From contig CALXSB010000084.1 of NCBI GenBank assembly GCA_944391005.1, positions 1-49,710 of the forward strand: a stretch of DNA of 49,710 nucleotides, written 5' to 3'. Under the pieces are notes generated by a model. The model made no database searches and was not told where the DNA came from. It saw only the letters and a list, made by a program, of their open reading frames with translations. The position numbers and the translations under genes were made by a program. Positions 1 to 8,116 of the stretch are shown here, piece after piece. How positions within the stretch are numbered: position 1 is the first letter of the stretch; each line of letters opens with the position of its first letter. The DNA comes from an uncultured Rickettsiales bacterium (GTDB lineage: Bacteria > Pseudomonadota > Alphaproteobacteria > Rickettsiales > UBA1997).

Positions 1-30
1 TCGTTATTTTTATATCCACTGGTTTTTTTA

Positions 31-126
31 AGAACCGGAGGGTATGGTTATGTCCAGAAATTTCGGTTTTAAAAGCCATTGGCTGTCTCATCACAGCATC
101 TTCAACTTCCGGTTCACGGGTTTTTT
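31..126. other. GC-rich structured element: about 10 bp terminal inverted repeat enclosing internal hairpins, followed by a T-run on the + strand. Possible small ncRNA, palindromic element or complex terminator
   Basis: GAACCGGAGG (32-41) pairs with ACTTCCGGTTC (106-116). An internal GCTGT/ACAGC hairpin lies at 82-97. TTTTTT at 121-126. By hand count about 42 of 90 positions are G/C, far above the surroundings. Confidence 0.3.
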
Positions 127-159
127 ACTATTTAGATTTTAAGTTTTTGAACTGTGGAA

Positions 160-768
160 TTATTTTTCGTTTTTCTTTCTGTATATGTAGGGTGGGTCAA
201 ATGTTGTTGCCCAAATGCCTCTGTTTTCTAATTTTGCTTCGTTTTCATCTTCTAGATATTCGTCGGTTATTTGTTGAAAGGCAACTGCGTTTCCTGTTGA
301 GACCATTTCTTTGTTTATATTGATGGTTTCGTATGATTTAGTGTTTGAATTGTATTTTTGTAATGTGCAATTGGCGACGAGTCTGTCGTAGGCGTCTTTT
401 CCGATGATTGTGCATGAAATTTCATTGTTTAAAATCATTTCGGATAGTTTGTTTTTTGCGTTTTCACCGCATTTTATGTTTTTGTATCTAATAATTGGTT
501 CGGAAATTTCGTTGTCAATTTTTACGCTCATTGTGCATGTCTGATTTAATTCTGGTGCGTCAATTCCGTAAAGTCTTATTATTGTGCCGTTGCTTAGTGT
601 GAAGCTGTCTCCATCGGAGACTTTTATTACTTTGTCGTTGATGATGCCTTCTGATACTTGAATAAGTTTTCTTTCTTCTTTTGGGATTTTAATTAGTTCG
701 TTGTGCTTTCTAATTAAGATCCAAAAGAATAAAGATATGAATATTAAAGTTATTATTTTAAATTTCAT
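160..768 (-). CDS. Membrane-anchored thermonuclease (staphylococcal nuclease, SNase-like) family protein
   Basis: N-terminal TM helix, then SNase-type motifs: VSDGDSFTL, IRLYGIDAPE, YDRLVANC, MVSTGNAVA, RGIW. The start overlaps the stop of the upstream ORF (TAATG). Confidence 0.8.
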   Translation of the reverse strand: MKFKIITLIFISLFFWILIRKHNELIKIPKEERKLIQVSEGIINDKVIKVSDGDSFTLSNGTIIRLYGIDAPELNQTCTMSVKIDNEISEPIIRYKNIKCGENAKNKLSEMILNNEISCTIIGKDAYDRLVANCTLQKYNSNTKSYETININKEMVSTGNAVAFQQITDEYLEDENEAKLENRGIWATTFDPPYIYRKKNEK

Positions 769-1388
769 TACCAGCCGGCACCACTTCTTTTTGAATATTT
801 GCTAGTTTTGTATCTAGTTCTTAAAACTTCTTCTCCTGTTTCTATGTCGGTCATTCTGATGTTTACGGAGTAATCTTTGACTGTTCTTCCTGATAATGTT
901 TGAGGTTTCATTCTGACGTCTCCCATTATGATTAAGTCGGCACCGGATGCTCTGCCTATTTTTTTTATGTCTTCTGGTCTTACCATGCCGTCGTTTTGAT
1001 AGGTGATTTCTTTTAGAATTCTGTCTCTTGCTGCTGTGTCTATGATTATGTAGTCTCCGGAGGCGGAAAATTCATTTAAAAGTTCATCGTTTAAGTCTGC
1101 TATAGGAAAATAGGCTTCTGAAGTTTGATTTTGAACTTCTCCTATGAAAATTTTAGGTCTTCTGCCTAATTTTGCTAGGTATCTTTGAAATCCGTTGTGT
1201 TGTTCCATCTGTTGAATTATTGCTTTTGAAGCATTTTCTGTGTCTGTTGCGACCCATTCGTCTGTGATTGTCATTGCTTGCTTGTCTGATTCTTCTAGTG
1301 ATACTCTTTGAGTTTGAATTTTAGGACCGCAGGCTGAAATTAGTGAACATACGCTAAAAGTAAATAATATGCTTGAAACTCTTTTCAT
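768..1388 (-). CDS. Lipoprotein, LpoB-like (COG3417-type penicillin-binding protein activator family)
   Basis: Signal peptide with lipobox LISAC. The pattern IGEVQNQTS...LNEFSASGDYIIID...ASGADLIIMGDV resembles the LpoB fold family. Confidence 0.5.
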   Translation of the reverse strand: MKRVSSILFTFSVCSLISACGPKIQTQRVSLEESDKQAMTITDEWVATDTENASKAIIQQMEQHNGFQRYLAKLGRRPKIFIGEVQNQTSEAYFPIADLNDELLNEFSASGDYIIIDTAARDRILKEITYQNDGMVRPEDIKKIGRASGADLIIMGDVRMKPQTLSGRTVKDYSVNIRMTDIETGEEVLRTRYKTSKYSKRSGAGW

Positions 1389-1452
1389 TGTAATAAAAAT
1401 TAGTAATACCTGATTATAAAATATAAGATATTTTTAATTATTTCAAGTATTT

Positions 1453-2352
1453 TTAATATATTTCTATGAAGGCGTTGTTATATAAATTGTCAAGATAGTT
1501 TTTGATTTCAAGGTTTAATTTCTGATTGTATATAAAGTATTGTGCTCTTGCAATGTCGTCTCTTTTTGCTATTTTTTCTTCTTTTTTGTCGTTTAATTTT
1601 ATGATCATGTAATATCCGGATGTTTCTCCGCCGAAGTATATGGGTTTTGAAATTTTGCCAATTGGAAGATTTTTTATGGCCTGGTATATTCTTTCGTTGA
1701 TGTCCATTTCATCAACCCATCCAATATAACCGCTATTTTCTTTGTTGTCTTGAGAAAAACGTCTTGCAACTGTTTCAAAGTTGTTTTTTTCATTAATTTC
1801 TTCGTAAAGTTTGTCTATTATGTTTTTTGGATCAAGGTTGTCTGTTTTATACATTGTTATTTGAGAAATATTGTATCTAATTCTTAAAGGTTTTTCTGTT
1901 AAATATTCAATAGAATCGTTGATTTCTGAATTGCTAACGGAAATTCTTGATCTAATTTTTGCGTCAATTAATTTATTCCATAAAAAATTGTTTTTCATGA
2001 TTTTTGTGTATAGTTCTATGTTTACATTTTTTGTGTTTTTGTTTATATTGTCTTTTTCCATGTTTGAATCTAAAAAATATTTAAATTCTTCTTCGTCAAA
2101 TTGTATTTTTTCGTTTTTTACTGCTTGTTCTTTTAAAACTTCTTCTATGAGTCCGTTTAAAATTTCTTGTCTCATGTCTGAATTTAATCCAGAAATATTT
2201 TTAAAACGTAGTTGAATAATTTTTGAATAACTGTCTAAGTCGTATTGAGTTATGACTTGGTTGTTTACTCTGGCAATGGTTTTAAAACTTTCAACGGCTG
2301 AAGCTGTGGATAAAGAAAAAATAATGAAAAATAATATAAAATATTTTTTCAT
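1453..2352 (-). CDS. surA: SurA-like periplasmic chaperone / parvulin-type peptidyl-prolyl isomerase
   Basis: Signal peptide. SurA N-domain pattern (ARVNNQVITQYDLDS). C-terminal parvulin domain (FSQDNKENSGYIGWV...GKISKPI...GYYMIIKLNDKK). Confidence 0.75.
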   Translation of the reverse strand: MKKYFILFFIIFSLSTASAVESFKTIARVNNQVITQYDLDSYSKIIQLRFKNISGLNSDMRQEILNGLIEEVLKEQAVKNEKIQFDEEEFKYFLDSNMEKDNINKNTKNVNIELYTKIMKNNFLWNKLIDAKIRSRISVSNSEINDSIEYLTEKPLRIRYNISQITMYKTDNLDPKNIIDKLYEEINEKNNFETVARRFSQDNKENSGYIGWVDEMDINERIYQAIKNLPIGKISKPIYFGGETSGYYMIIKLNDKKEEKIAKRDDIARAQYFIYNQKLNLEIKNYLDNLYNNAFIEIY

Positions 2353-3314
2353 ATAGTTCCTATTGCATATTGTTCTTTTTTGTTTGACTGTAAAAGTTTG
2401 TTATACTCGTCAAAGGCTTTAGTTAATAAGGTTTTTGCAATGCTGTCGTCTGTGTAAAAATAATCTATATAAGCTTTGTCGTGGTTTACTAATTCTCCGT
2501 TTTTGTTGAAATATAATTCTTTGCCGTTTTTGTCAAAAAATTCAACGATATGTGTGCTTCCAACCATGTTTGTTTCTTTGAAGTCTGAATTTTGAGTTGA
2601 TCTATAGGAATATAAATTTAATGATTTATTATTTTTTAATTCGTAAAAACTATCTAATGGTTTATAGGTGTTTGTTTCTTTGTCAAATCTGTTATTGTAT
2701 TCGTTTTCTGTAAGTTTGTCTTTTTCTTCGGGCGACATGTAATTATTTTTAACAAGAAAATCTAAAAGAACTTGGCTAAAGCTTTCTTTTTCTGTTCTGT
2801 GAATATCAGTTAAAATAACCTTTCCACCGTTTGCTAATACGCTGTCGATATTTTTTTTGTGATTATTTAAAAATTCTGATATTGTGTTAACTTTATCTGT
2901 TCTTTTAAAAATAAACTTTTTTAATTCTGATAGTGTTTTTTTGTTTTTTTCTAAAATATCGCTTGTTTTTTTGTCTTGAAATTCGTCTGGTGTAATTGCA
3001 AAATATAATAATGGGTTTTTATTTTTTCTGTATCTTATTAGGTTTGAATTGTCTATGATATGTTGTAAATTGTTCTGTGTGCATTCTGAAGAAGATGCAT
3101 CTATAATAATATCAGCGTTTGCCAAAGCTGTGTCAATATTGTTGTATATTTGTATTTGTTTATTCTTTATTATATTGGGAGCTTCTTTTTTCCCTCTTGA
3201 TTGGATACCTATTATTTCGCAATTGTCTCCATAATCATTTAATATATTGCTAATTATAAGTGTGCCAATTCTTCCTGTTCCACCAACAATAAATATTTTT
3301 TTTATTTCTTTCAT
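2349..3314 (-). CDS. NAD(P)-binding Rossmann protein, divergent dihydrodipicolinate reductase (DapB)-like
   Basis: N-terminal IFIVGGTGRIG dinucleotide loop. ADIIIDASSSECTQNNLQHI aligns with the DapB FIDFTRPEGTLNHL region. ILTDIHRTEKESFSQ sits where DapB has EAHHRHKVDAPSGT. VGSTHIVEF matches VGEHTAMF. About 50 aa longer than typical DapB. 4-nt overlap with surA. Confidence 0.45.
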   Translation of the reverse strand: MKEIKKIFIVGGTGRIGTLIISNILNDYGDNCEIIGIQSRGKKEAPNIIKNKQIQIYNNIDTALANADIIIDASSSECTQNNLQHIIDNSNLIRYRKNKNPLLYFAITPDEFQDKKTSDILEKNKKTLSELKKFIFKRTDKVNTISEFLNNHKKNIDSVLANGGKVILTDIHRTEKESFSQVLLDFLVKNNYMSPEEKDKLTENEYNNRFDKETNTYKPLDSFYELKNNKSLNLYSYRSTQNSDFKETNMVGSTHIVEFFDKNGKELYFNKNGELVNHDKAYIDYFYTDDSIAKTLLTKAFDEYNKLLQSNKKEQYAIGTI

Positions 3315-3316
3315 AA

Positions 3317-4741
3317 CTAGTTGTCTTTATTATTATAAAAATTAATTCCTAATAATAAATCTATAGCTCTGGCTAATTGGTAATCCTTGTTATACATTGA
3401 TTCGTTTTTTGTTTTTAGTTGCTGCTGTTTTTTTATTTCTTTTGAAACTATGTCATTTGAATCATTATTTTCTAAATGTCCTTTTAATTCGTTTTCTTTT
3501 GTGATCCATTTGCTCATATCTATTTCTTCTAACTTTGCCATTTTTACTTCTATATCAGGAGTAATGCCTTCAGCTTGAATAGATTTGCCACTAGGAGTGT
3601 AATATTTTGCAATGGTTAATTTTATACCTCCGCCATTATTTAAAGGTATAATTGATTGAACTGAACCTTTGCCAAATGATTGTGTTCCTAATACAATCGC
3701 TCTGTTGTTATCCTGTAGGGCACCAGCGACTATTTCGGAAGCAGAGGCTGAACCTTCATTAATTAATACGACCATAGGTAAATTTGGTATTAAATCTTGA
3801 TTTGTATCAGATTTATATTCTTTTATTATTACACCGTTTTTACCTTTGATGCTAACTATTTTTTTATCTTTATCTAAAAATGCGTCAGATACAAATACTG
3901 AAGAATCTAATAAACCGCCGGGATTATTTCTTAAGTCTAAAACCAATCCTTTAACATTATTTTTGCCGATTTCGTTTTCAATTCTATTAAATTCTTTTAT
4001 TAAATTAACGTAAGTTTGTTGTGTAAAACTTGATATTCTTAAATATATAATATCACCTTCGGCTCTGCCTTTTACTGAATCGCTTTTTATTAAGTCTCTT
4101 TTAATTTTAAATTCTAATGGCTCTTTTTCGCCGCTTCTTAAAATTGTTAATTTTACAGTGCCTCTATCCTTGCTATCTTTTCCTCTCATTAATTTAACTG
4201 CTTCGGTTAAGCTCATTCCAAAAACTGACTTATCATCAATATTGCTAATATAATCACCAGATTTTATTCCAGCTTTATATGCTGGACCGTCATCTATTGG
4301 AGTTATAACTTTGACTAGAGAGTTATCCATGGTTACTTCTATTCCTAAACCGCTAAATTCTCCTTGAGTATCGCTAATTAATTGTTCATAATCTTCTTTA
4401 GAAAAATATGCTGAATGTGGATCTAAAGAAGATAACATGCCATTTAAAGAACTTTCAAAAAATTTGTCATCATCTACATCTTCTACGTAATTGTCTTTAA
4501 TCATTTTAACAACATCGTTATACATAAGTCCGTAGTTCTCTATTTTTGTATCATTAGATTTTATTTTTGACTTTTTTGTTCCTGCTTTAGTATATAATGG
4601 TTCATTATCTGCAACTAAGGTTGGAGATATATTATAGAATAATGATGATTTAATATATCTAGCTAAATTATTATTCGTTAATGCATATACGCTTGATAAT
4701 AGTATAAGCAAGAAAAGATTGATGATAACTAATTTTTTCAT
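3317..4741 (-). CDS. ctpA: Carboxy-terminal processing protease (S41 family, Ctp/Prc)
   Basis: Signal peptide, PDZ region (GIEVT...GPAYKAGIKSGDYI), and S41 motifs LDLRNNPGGLL, GSASASEIVAGALQD and SFGKGSVQ. Confidence 0.9.
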   Translation of the reverse strand: MKKLVIINLFLLILLSSVYALTNNNLARYIKSSLFYNISPTLVADNEPLYTKAGTKKSKIKSNDTKIENYGLMYNDVVKMIKDNYVEDVDDDKFFESSLNGMLSSLDPHSAYFSKEDYEQLISDTQGEFSGLGIEVTMDNSLVKVITPIDDGPAYKAGIKSGDYISNIDDKSVFGMSLTEAVKLMRGKDSKDRGTVKLTILRSGEKEPLEFKIKRDLIKSDSVKGRAEGDIIYLRISSFTQQTYVNLIKEFNRIENEIGKNNVKGLVLDLRNNPGGLLDSSVFVSDAFLDKDKKIVSIKGKNGVIIKEYKSDTNQDLIPNLPMVVLINEGSASASEIVAGALQDNNRAIVLGTQSFGKGSVQSIIPLNNGGGIKLTIAKYYTPSGKSIQAEGITPDIEVKMAKLEEIDMSKWITKENELKGHLENNDSNDIVSKEIKKQQQLKTKNESMYNKDYQLARAIDLLLGINFYNNKDN

Positions 4742-4743
4742 TT

Positions 4744-4908
4744 TTAAACTCTAGCTTTTGTTTCGTATAACCAAGTATTTATAGGTCTTCTTGGACCACA
4801 TGGACCTCCGTCTCCAGAAACGCATGGACTCTTAACTTCAATAACCTTATTTGCAGTGCAAGACTGTAGGATTAAAAACAAAACTAACATTAAAAAATAT
4901 TTTGACAT
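4744..4908 (-). CDS. 54-aa lipoprotein, candidate VirB7-like T4SS subunit (or Ctp-associated lipoprotein)
   Basis: Internal ATG at 4908 gives MSKYFLMLVLFLILQSC (signal peptide plus lipobox Cys). The mature part is C-x11-C-x7-C-GPRRPINTW. It lies 2 nt upstream of ctp. The longer 83-aa ORF in the track has an implausible N-terminus. Confidence 0.55.
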   Translation of the reverse strand: MSKYFLMLVLFLILQSCTANKVIEVKSPCVSGDGGPCGPRRPINTWLYETKARV

Positions 4909-5150
4909 AATAAATAAAATTAGTAATACATATATAATTATAAAGTCTAAAAAATAATAATCAACAAAATTTTGTGCATGGCATGATAACTGCATATTAT
5001 TATTTTTTTAATTTATCTAATAATATTTAACAAAAAATAAATAATAAATCATATGAAAATAATCAAAACTATTTTAAAAGTTTATCTAAATAAACTTGAC
5101 TAAAAAAAGATTATCTTTATCATTTTTTTAGAAATAATAAAATATTTTTT

Positions 5151-6122
5151 ATGAAGACTATTTTGATTACGGGTGGTGCTGGCTATATAGGTTCACATTT
5201 TTGTAAAGTTGCTAAACAAAACGGTTATAACCCAGTTGTTTTTGATAATTTGTCTACCGGTAAAAAAGAATTTGTAAAATGGGGCGATTTAGTCATTGGA
5301 GATTTACATGACTATAACCTATTAATTGATACTTTTAAGAAATATAATCCAATTGCAGTTGTTCATTTTGCTGCTTCAATAGAAGTTGGCGAAAGTGTGG
5401 TAAATCCATATAAATATTACGATAATAATGTTATTTCTACATTGACATTGCTAAATGCAATGATTAATTCTAATATAAAAAATATAATTTTTTCTTCAAC
5501 TGCTGCAATATTTGGTATGCCGAATGTTAGTATTGTAAATGAAAATACAGAAAAATTACCAATAAATCCTTATGGTGCCTCTAAATTGATGGTAGAACAA
5601 ATATTAGATGATTTTAATAAAGCTTATAATATTAACTATACAGCATTGAGATATTTTAATGCTTCTGGTGCGGATCCAGATGGCGAATTAGGAGAAACTC
5701 ATGAACCAGCAAACCATTTAATTCCAATAGTTTTAGAAAAATATATGAATAATGAGGAAGTAGAAGTATTCGGTGGAGATTGGAATACAAAGGATGGAAC
5801 TTGTATAAGAGATTATGTTCATGTTGTTGATTTGGCTAATGCTCATGTGTTGGCCTTAGAAAAAATGCTAAATACAAATCAATCAAAAAAAATTAATTTA
5901 GGAACTGGATCCGGCTTTTCTGTTTTAGAAATTATAAAAAAATCTGAAGAAGTAATTGGAGATAAAATAAAATATAAGATAGTTAATAGAAGGGCAGGGG
6001 ATCCTGAAATGCTTGTATGTGATAACAATCTAGCAAAAGAGTATTTAAATTGGGATATAAAATTTAAAGATGTAAAAAATCATATTTTACATACGTGGAA
6101 TTGGTTAAATAGAAAAAAATAA
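5151..6122 (+). CDS. galE: UDP-glucose 4-epimerase
   Basis: ITGGAGYIGSH Rossmann motif, YGASKLMVEQIL (YxxxK), DGTCIRDYVHVVDLA; length typical of GalE. Confidence 0.9.
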   Translation: MKTILITGGAGYIGSHFCKVAKQNGYNPVVFDNLSTGKKEFVKWGDLVIGDLHDYNLLIDTFKKYNPIAVVHFAASIEVGESVVNPYKYYDNNVISTLTLLNAMINSNIKNIIFSSTAAIFGMPNVSIVNENTEKLPINPYGASKLMVEQILDDFNKAYNINYTALRYFNASGADPDGELGETHEPANHLIPIVLEKYMNNEEVEVFGGDWNTKDGTCIRDYVHVVDLANAHVLALEKMLNTNQSKKINLGTGSGFSVLEIIKKSEEVIGDKIKYKIVNRRAGDPEMLVCDNNLAKEYLNWDIKFKDVKNHILHTWNWLNRKK

Positions 6123-6128
6123 ATATAT

Positions 6129-6148
6129 GGACGAATTTTGATTCGTCC
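6129..6148. terminator. Hairpin between convergent galE and the DUF389 gene
   Basis: GGACGAAT-tttg-ATTCGTCC, an 8 bp stem. On the minus strand it is followed by a U-rich tract. Confidence 0.45.
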
Positions 6149-6165
6149 TTCAGTGATTATAAAAG

Positions 6166-7209
6166 TTATACGCCAACTAATATTCTAAAAATAATTAATA
6201 TTATTAATATAAAAATGCAATATACTATATTAACTAAATTATTATCTTTATAATTTTCAATAGCTTCTTTTGTTTTAGGTTTTATTTTCTTAAACATAAA
6301 GACTATTTGTGATGTAAATATTATGCATATTATATTTATTGCTAAAACTAATACTGAGTTTACAAATAATTTATATAGTCTATTTCCAAGAGTTATTCCA
6401 GACATTGTAATATTTGGAAGCAAAGATACAGATAACATAAATGCTGCCATCATTGTGGGGGTTCCGGCTGTTATTGCTAAACCGGCTGAAGCACCAGATG
6501 CAAGTGCTAAAACAAACATATATTGATTAAATTTCATTTCTTGAAATAGTGTGCCATCAATATCTATAGAGTATGTATTTGGTAAATAATTCCATGAAAA
6601 TCCTATGATAACTCCAATTATCATAGAAAGAAAAATGCCGCATAATAAAGTTTTGCTAGCTTTTTTCATTAATTCGCTATCTCCAGTTGATAATGAAAAT
6701 GAATAACCCATTATTGATCCAAGAAATGGTGCTATTGAAGAAGCAGCTAATAGTATGCTAACATCTTGTTTTATAATGCCAATAGAGCAAACAATACTAG
6801 ATAAAATGACATTTAATAAAAAATTTTGTGTTATTCTAGTTTCGTTTAATATATCGTTATACATTTCTTCAGTGCTAATTCTGTCTACGATTTTTTTATT
6901 CTTCTTGCTGTTTTTTTCTTTTTCGTCTTCATCAACTTTAACTTTTGGTAAAAATCCTTCAATCGGCGAAACTAGCATTACATTTGTTATATCATCAATT
7001 TTATCAACTTCATTGTTTAATTTTATGGCCTTTGAAATTGTATCTATTATCATTTCAACATTTTTTTCTTCAATGATCATTGAATATTTTAATTTTTTAT
7101 TTTGGTTTTCTATTTTCCAATAATTTACAATCTCTGGCTTGCCAGCTATTTTGTCAAGTTGCGTAATATAATTATCATCGCTAAGAACTTCTACTATTTT
7201 GTATCCCAT
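6166..7209 (-). CDS. DUF389 (TIGR00341-like) integral membrane protein
   Basis: Soluble N-terminal domain followed by a multi-TM region. The pattern SIVCSIGIIKQDVSILLAASSIAPFLGSIMG is typical of the DUF389 hydrophobic domain. Confidence 0.55.
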   Translation of the reverse strand: MGYKIVEVLSDDNYITQLDKIAGKPEIVNYWKIENQNKKLKYSMIIEEKNVEMIIDTISKAIKLNNEVDKIDDITNVMLVSPIEGFLPKVKVDEDEKEKNSKKNKKIVDRISTEEMYNDILNETRITQNFLLNVILSSIVCSIGIIKQDVSILLAASSIAPFLGSIMGYSFSLSTGDSELMKKASKTLLCGIFLSMIIGVIIGFSWNYLPNTYSIDIDGTLFQEMKFNQYMFVLALASGASAGLAITAGTPTMMAAFMLSVSLLPNITMSGITLGNRLYKLFVNSVLVLAINIICIIFTSQIVFMFKKIKPKTKEAIENYKDNNLVNIVYCIFILIILIIFRILVGV

Positions 7210-7330
7210 ATCAAAGGCTATATTTACCTATAGTAGATAATTAATATATTTTTATAAAAATCAAGCTAAAAGTTTATAATATAAGATATGATTTTTATTA
7301 AATTTATAATTTTATAATGGAAAGAAATTA

Positions 7331-7359
7331 TTGACAAGTTATAATGTATTTTTTATATT
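7331..7359 (+). promoter_or_regulatory. Candidate sigma70-type promoter
   Basis: TTGACA (7331-7336), 17 nt spacer, TATATT (7354-7359). This supports the downstream ATG at 7389 as the real start. Confidence 0.4.
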
Positions 7360-7388
7360 TTGTTCATTGCAAAGATACTATAAATAAT

Positions 7389-8108
7389 ATGAATAGGAAA
7401 ATTTTTATATTGCTTTTTGTTTTAATGTTAATAAGTAGTTATACAATTTTACTACTAGAATTTTTAGCAATTAATCAAATTTTACCTTTTGTTGAAAGCA
7501 GTAATTTTGCTACCGCTGTTATAGTGCTAGTTATTCTGTTTTTTCTTGTGATTGGGTTTTATAAAGGCGGTAAATTATTATTTAAAAAGAATAATATAAG
7601 AAATAAAATTTTAAAAAATTTTGTAATTTCTACAGTTTTTATATTTTTTGGCACTACATATTCATTTTTGCATTATTATTTTTTAATTTTTGATTATATT
7701 GGCGTAAAACATATAATATTCCAATCATTTGTTTTTTCAATGCTATTTTTATCTGCTCCATCATATTTATTAGCACAAAATACACGTCTATTATCTAATT
7801 ATTTTAATAAAAATATTTCCAAGAGTAATGGCGTAAAGGTGTTATTTTATGGTGTTATTTTATCATTTGTTTTATCAATTATTACTATTATGTTTTTAAT
7901 GCCAATTTTTGGTTTAAATTATGCTGTATTTTTTAATATATTTTTAATAACTGCAGCAATTTTAATTTTAAATAAGAGAAATAAAATTGAAATATATATG
8001 TTATGTTTTTTATTCTTAATAATTACTTTTATGCTAAACAATAACATCGCTGACAGAAAATTTGATGAAATTTCTAATGATAATTTTGTTGAAGAATATA
8101 ACGGCTAA
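7389..8108 (+). CDS. Polytopic membrane protein of unknown function
   Basis: About 7 hydrophobic helices. The start is taken at MNRKIFILLF because the candidate promoter lies inside the longer ORF. No recognisable motif. Confidence 0.5.
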   Translation: MNRKIFILLFVLMLISSYTILLLEFLAINQILPFVESSNFATAVIVLVILFFLVIGFYKGGKLLFKKNNIRNKILKNFVISTVFIFFGTTYSFLHYYFLIFDYIGVKHIIFQSFVFSMLFLSAPSYLLAQNTRLLSNYFNKNISKSNGVKVLFYGVILSFVLSIITIMFLMPIFGLNYAVFFNIFLITAAILILNKRNKIEIYMLCFLFLIITFMLNNNIADRKFDEISNDNFVEEYNG

Positions 8109-8116
8109 TTAATTCT

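Noticed and set aside
1-91. A possible 5' end of a minus-strand CDS (MRQPMAFKTEISGHNHTLRFLKKPVDIKIT...) running off the left edge.
   Set aside because: Local G+C and codon choice (CGG, CTC, ACC, GGA) are unlike the other genes here, and the region forms an extended helix. It is kept only as an alternative in the finding on 31-126.
1871-2215. Plus-strand ORFs opposite surA, the DapB-like gene, ctp, DUF389, the ABC-F gene, asd, the pilin-like gene, glmS, rplI, rarA, lpxD, the HK, Smr, murC, suhB and the 202-aa gene. Examples: 1871-2215, 3049-3234, 3387-3578, 6323-7123, 12768-13907, 16163-16357, 17316-17945, 29744-30343.
   Set aside because: All are shadow ORFs nested in genes with strong homology-type motifs on the opposite strand. 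Their compositions are hydrophobic and low-complexity, as is typical of antisense frames in AT-rich DNA.
4909-4995. N-terminal extensions of track ORFs: 4909-4995, 7344-7388, 14689-14700, 18735-18803, 30564-30653, 36961-37002, 39726-39770, 48990-49013.
   Set aside because: Internal ATGs give canonical N-termini (lipoprotein signal peptide, family-typical starts, or an SD at the right distance). In two cases a candidate promoter lies inside the extension.
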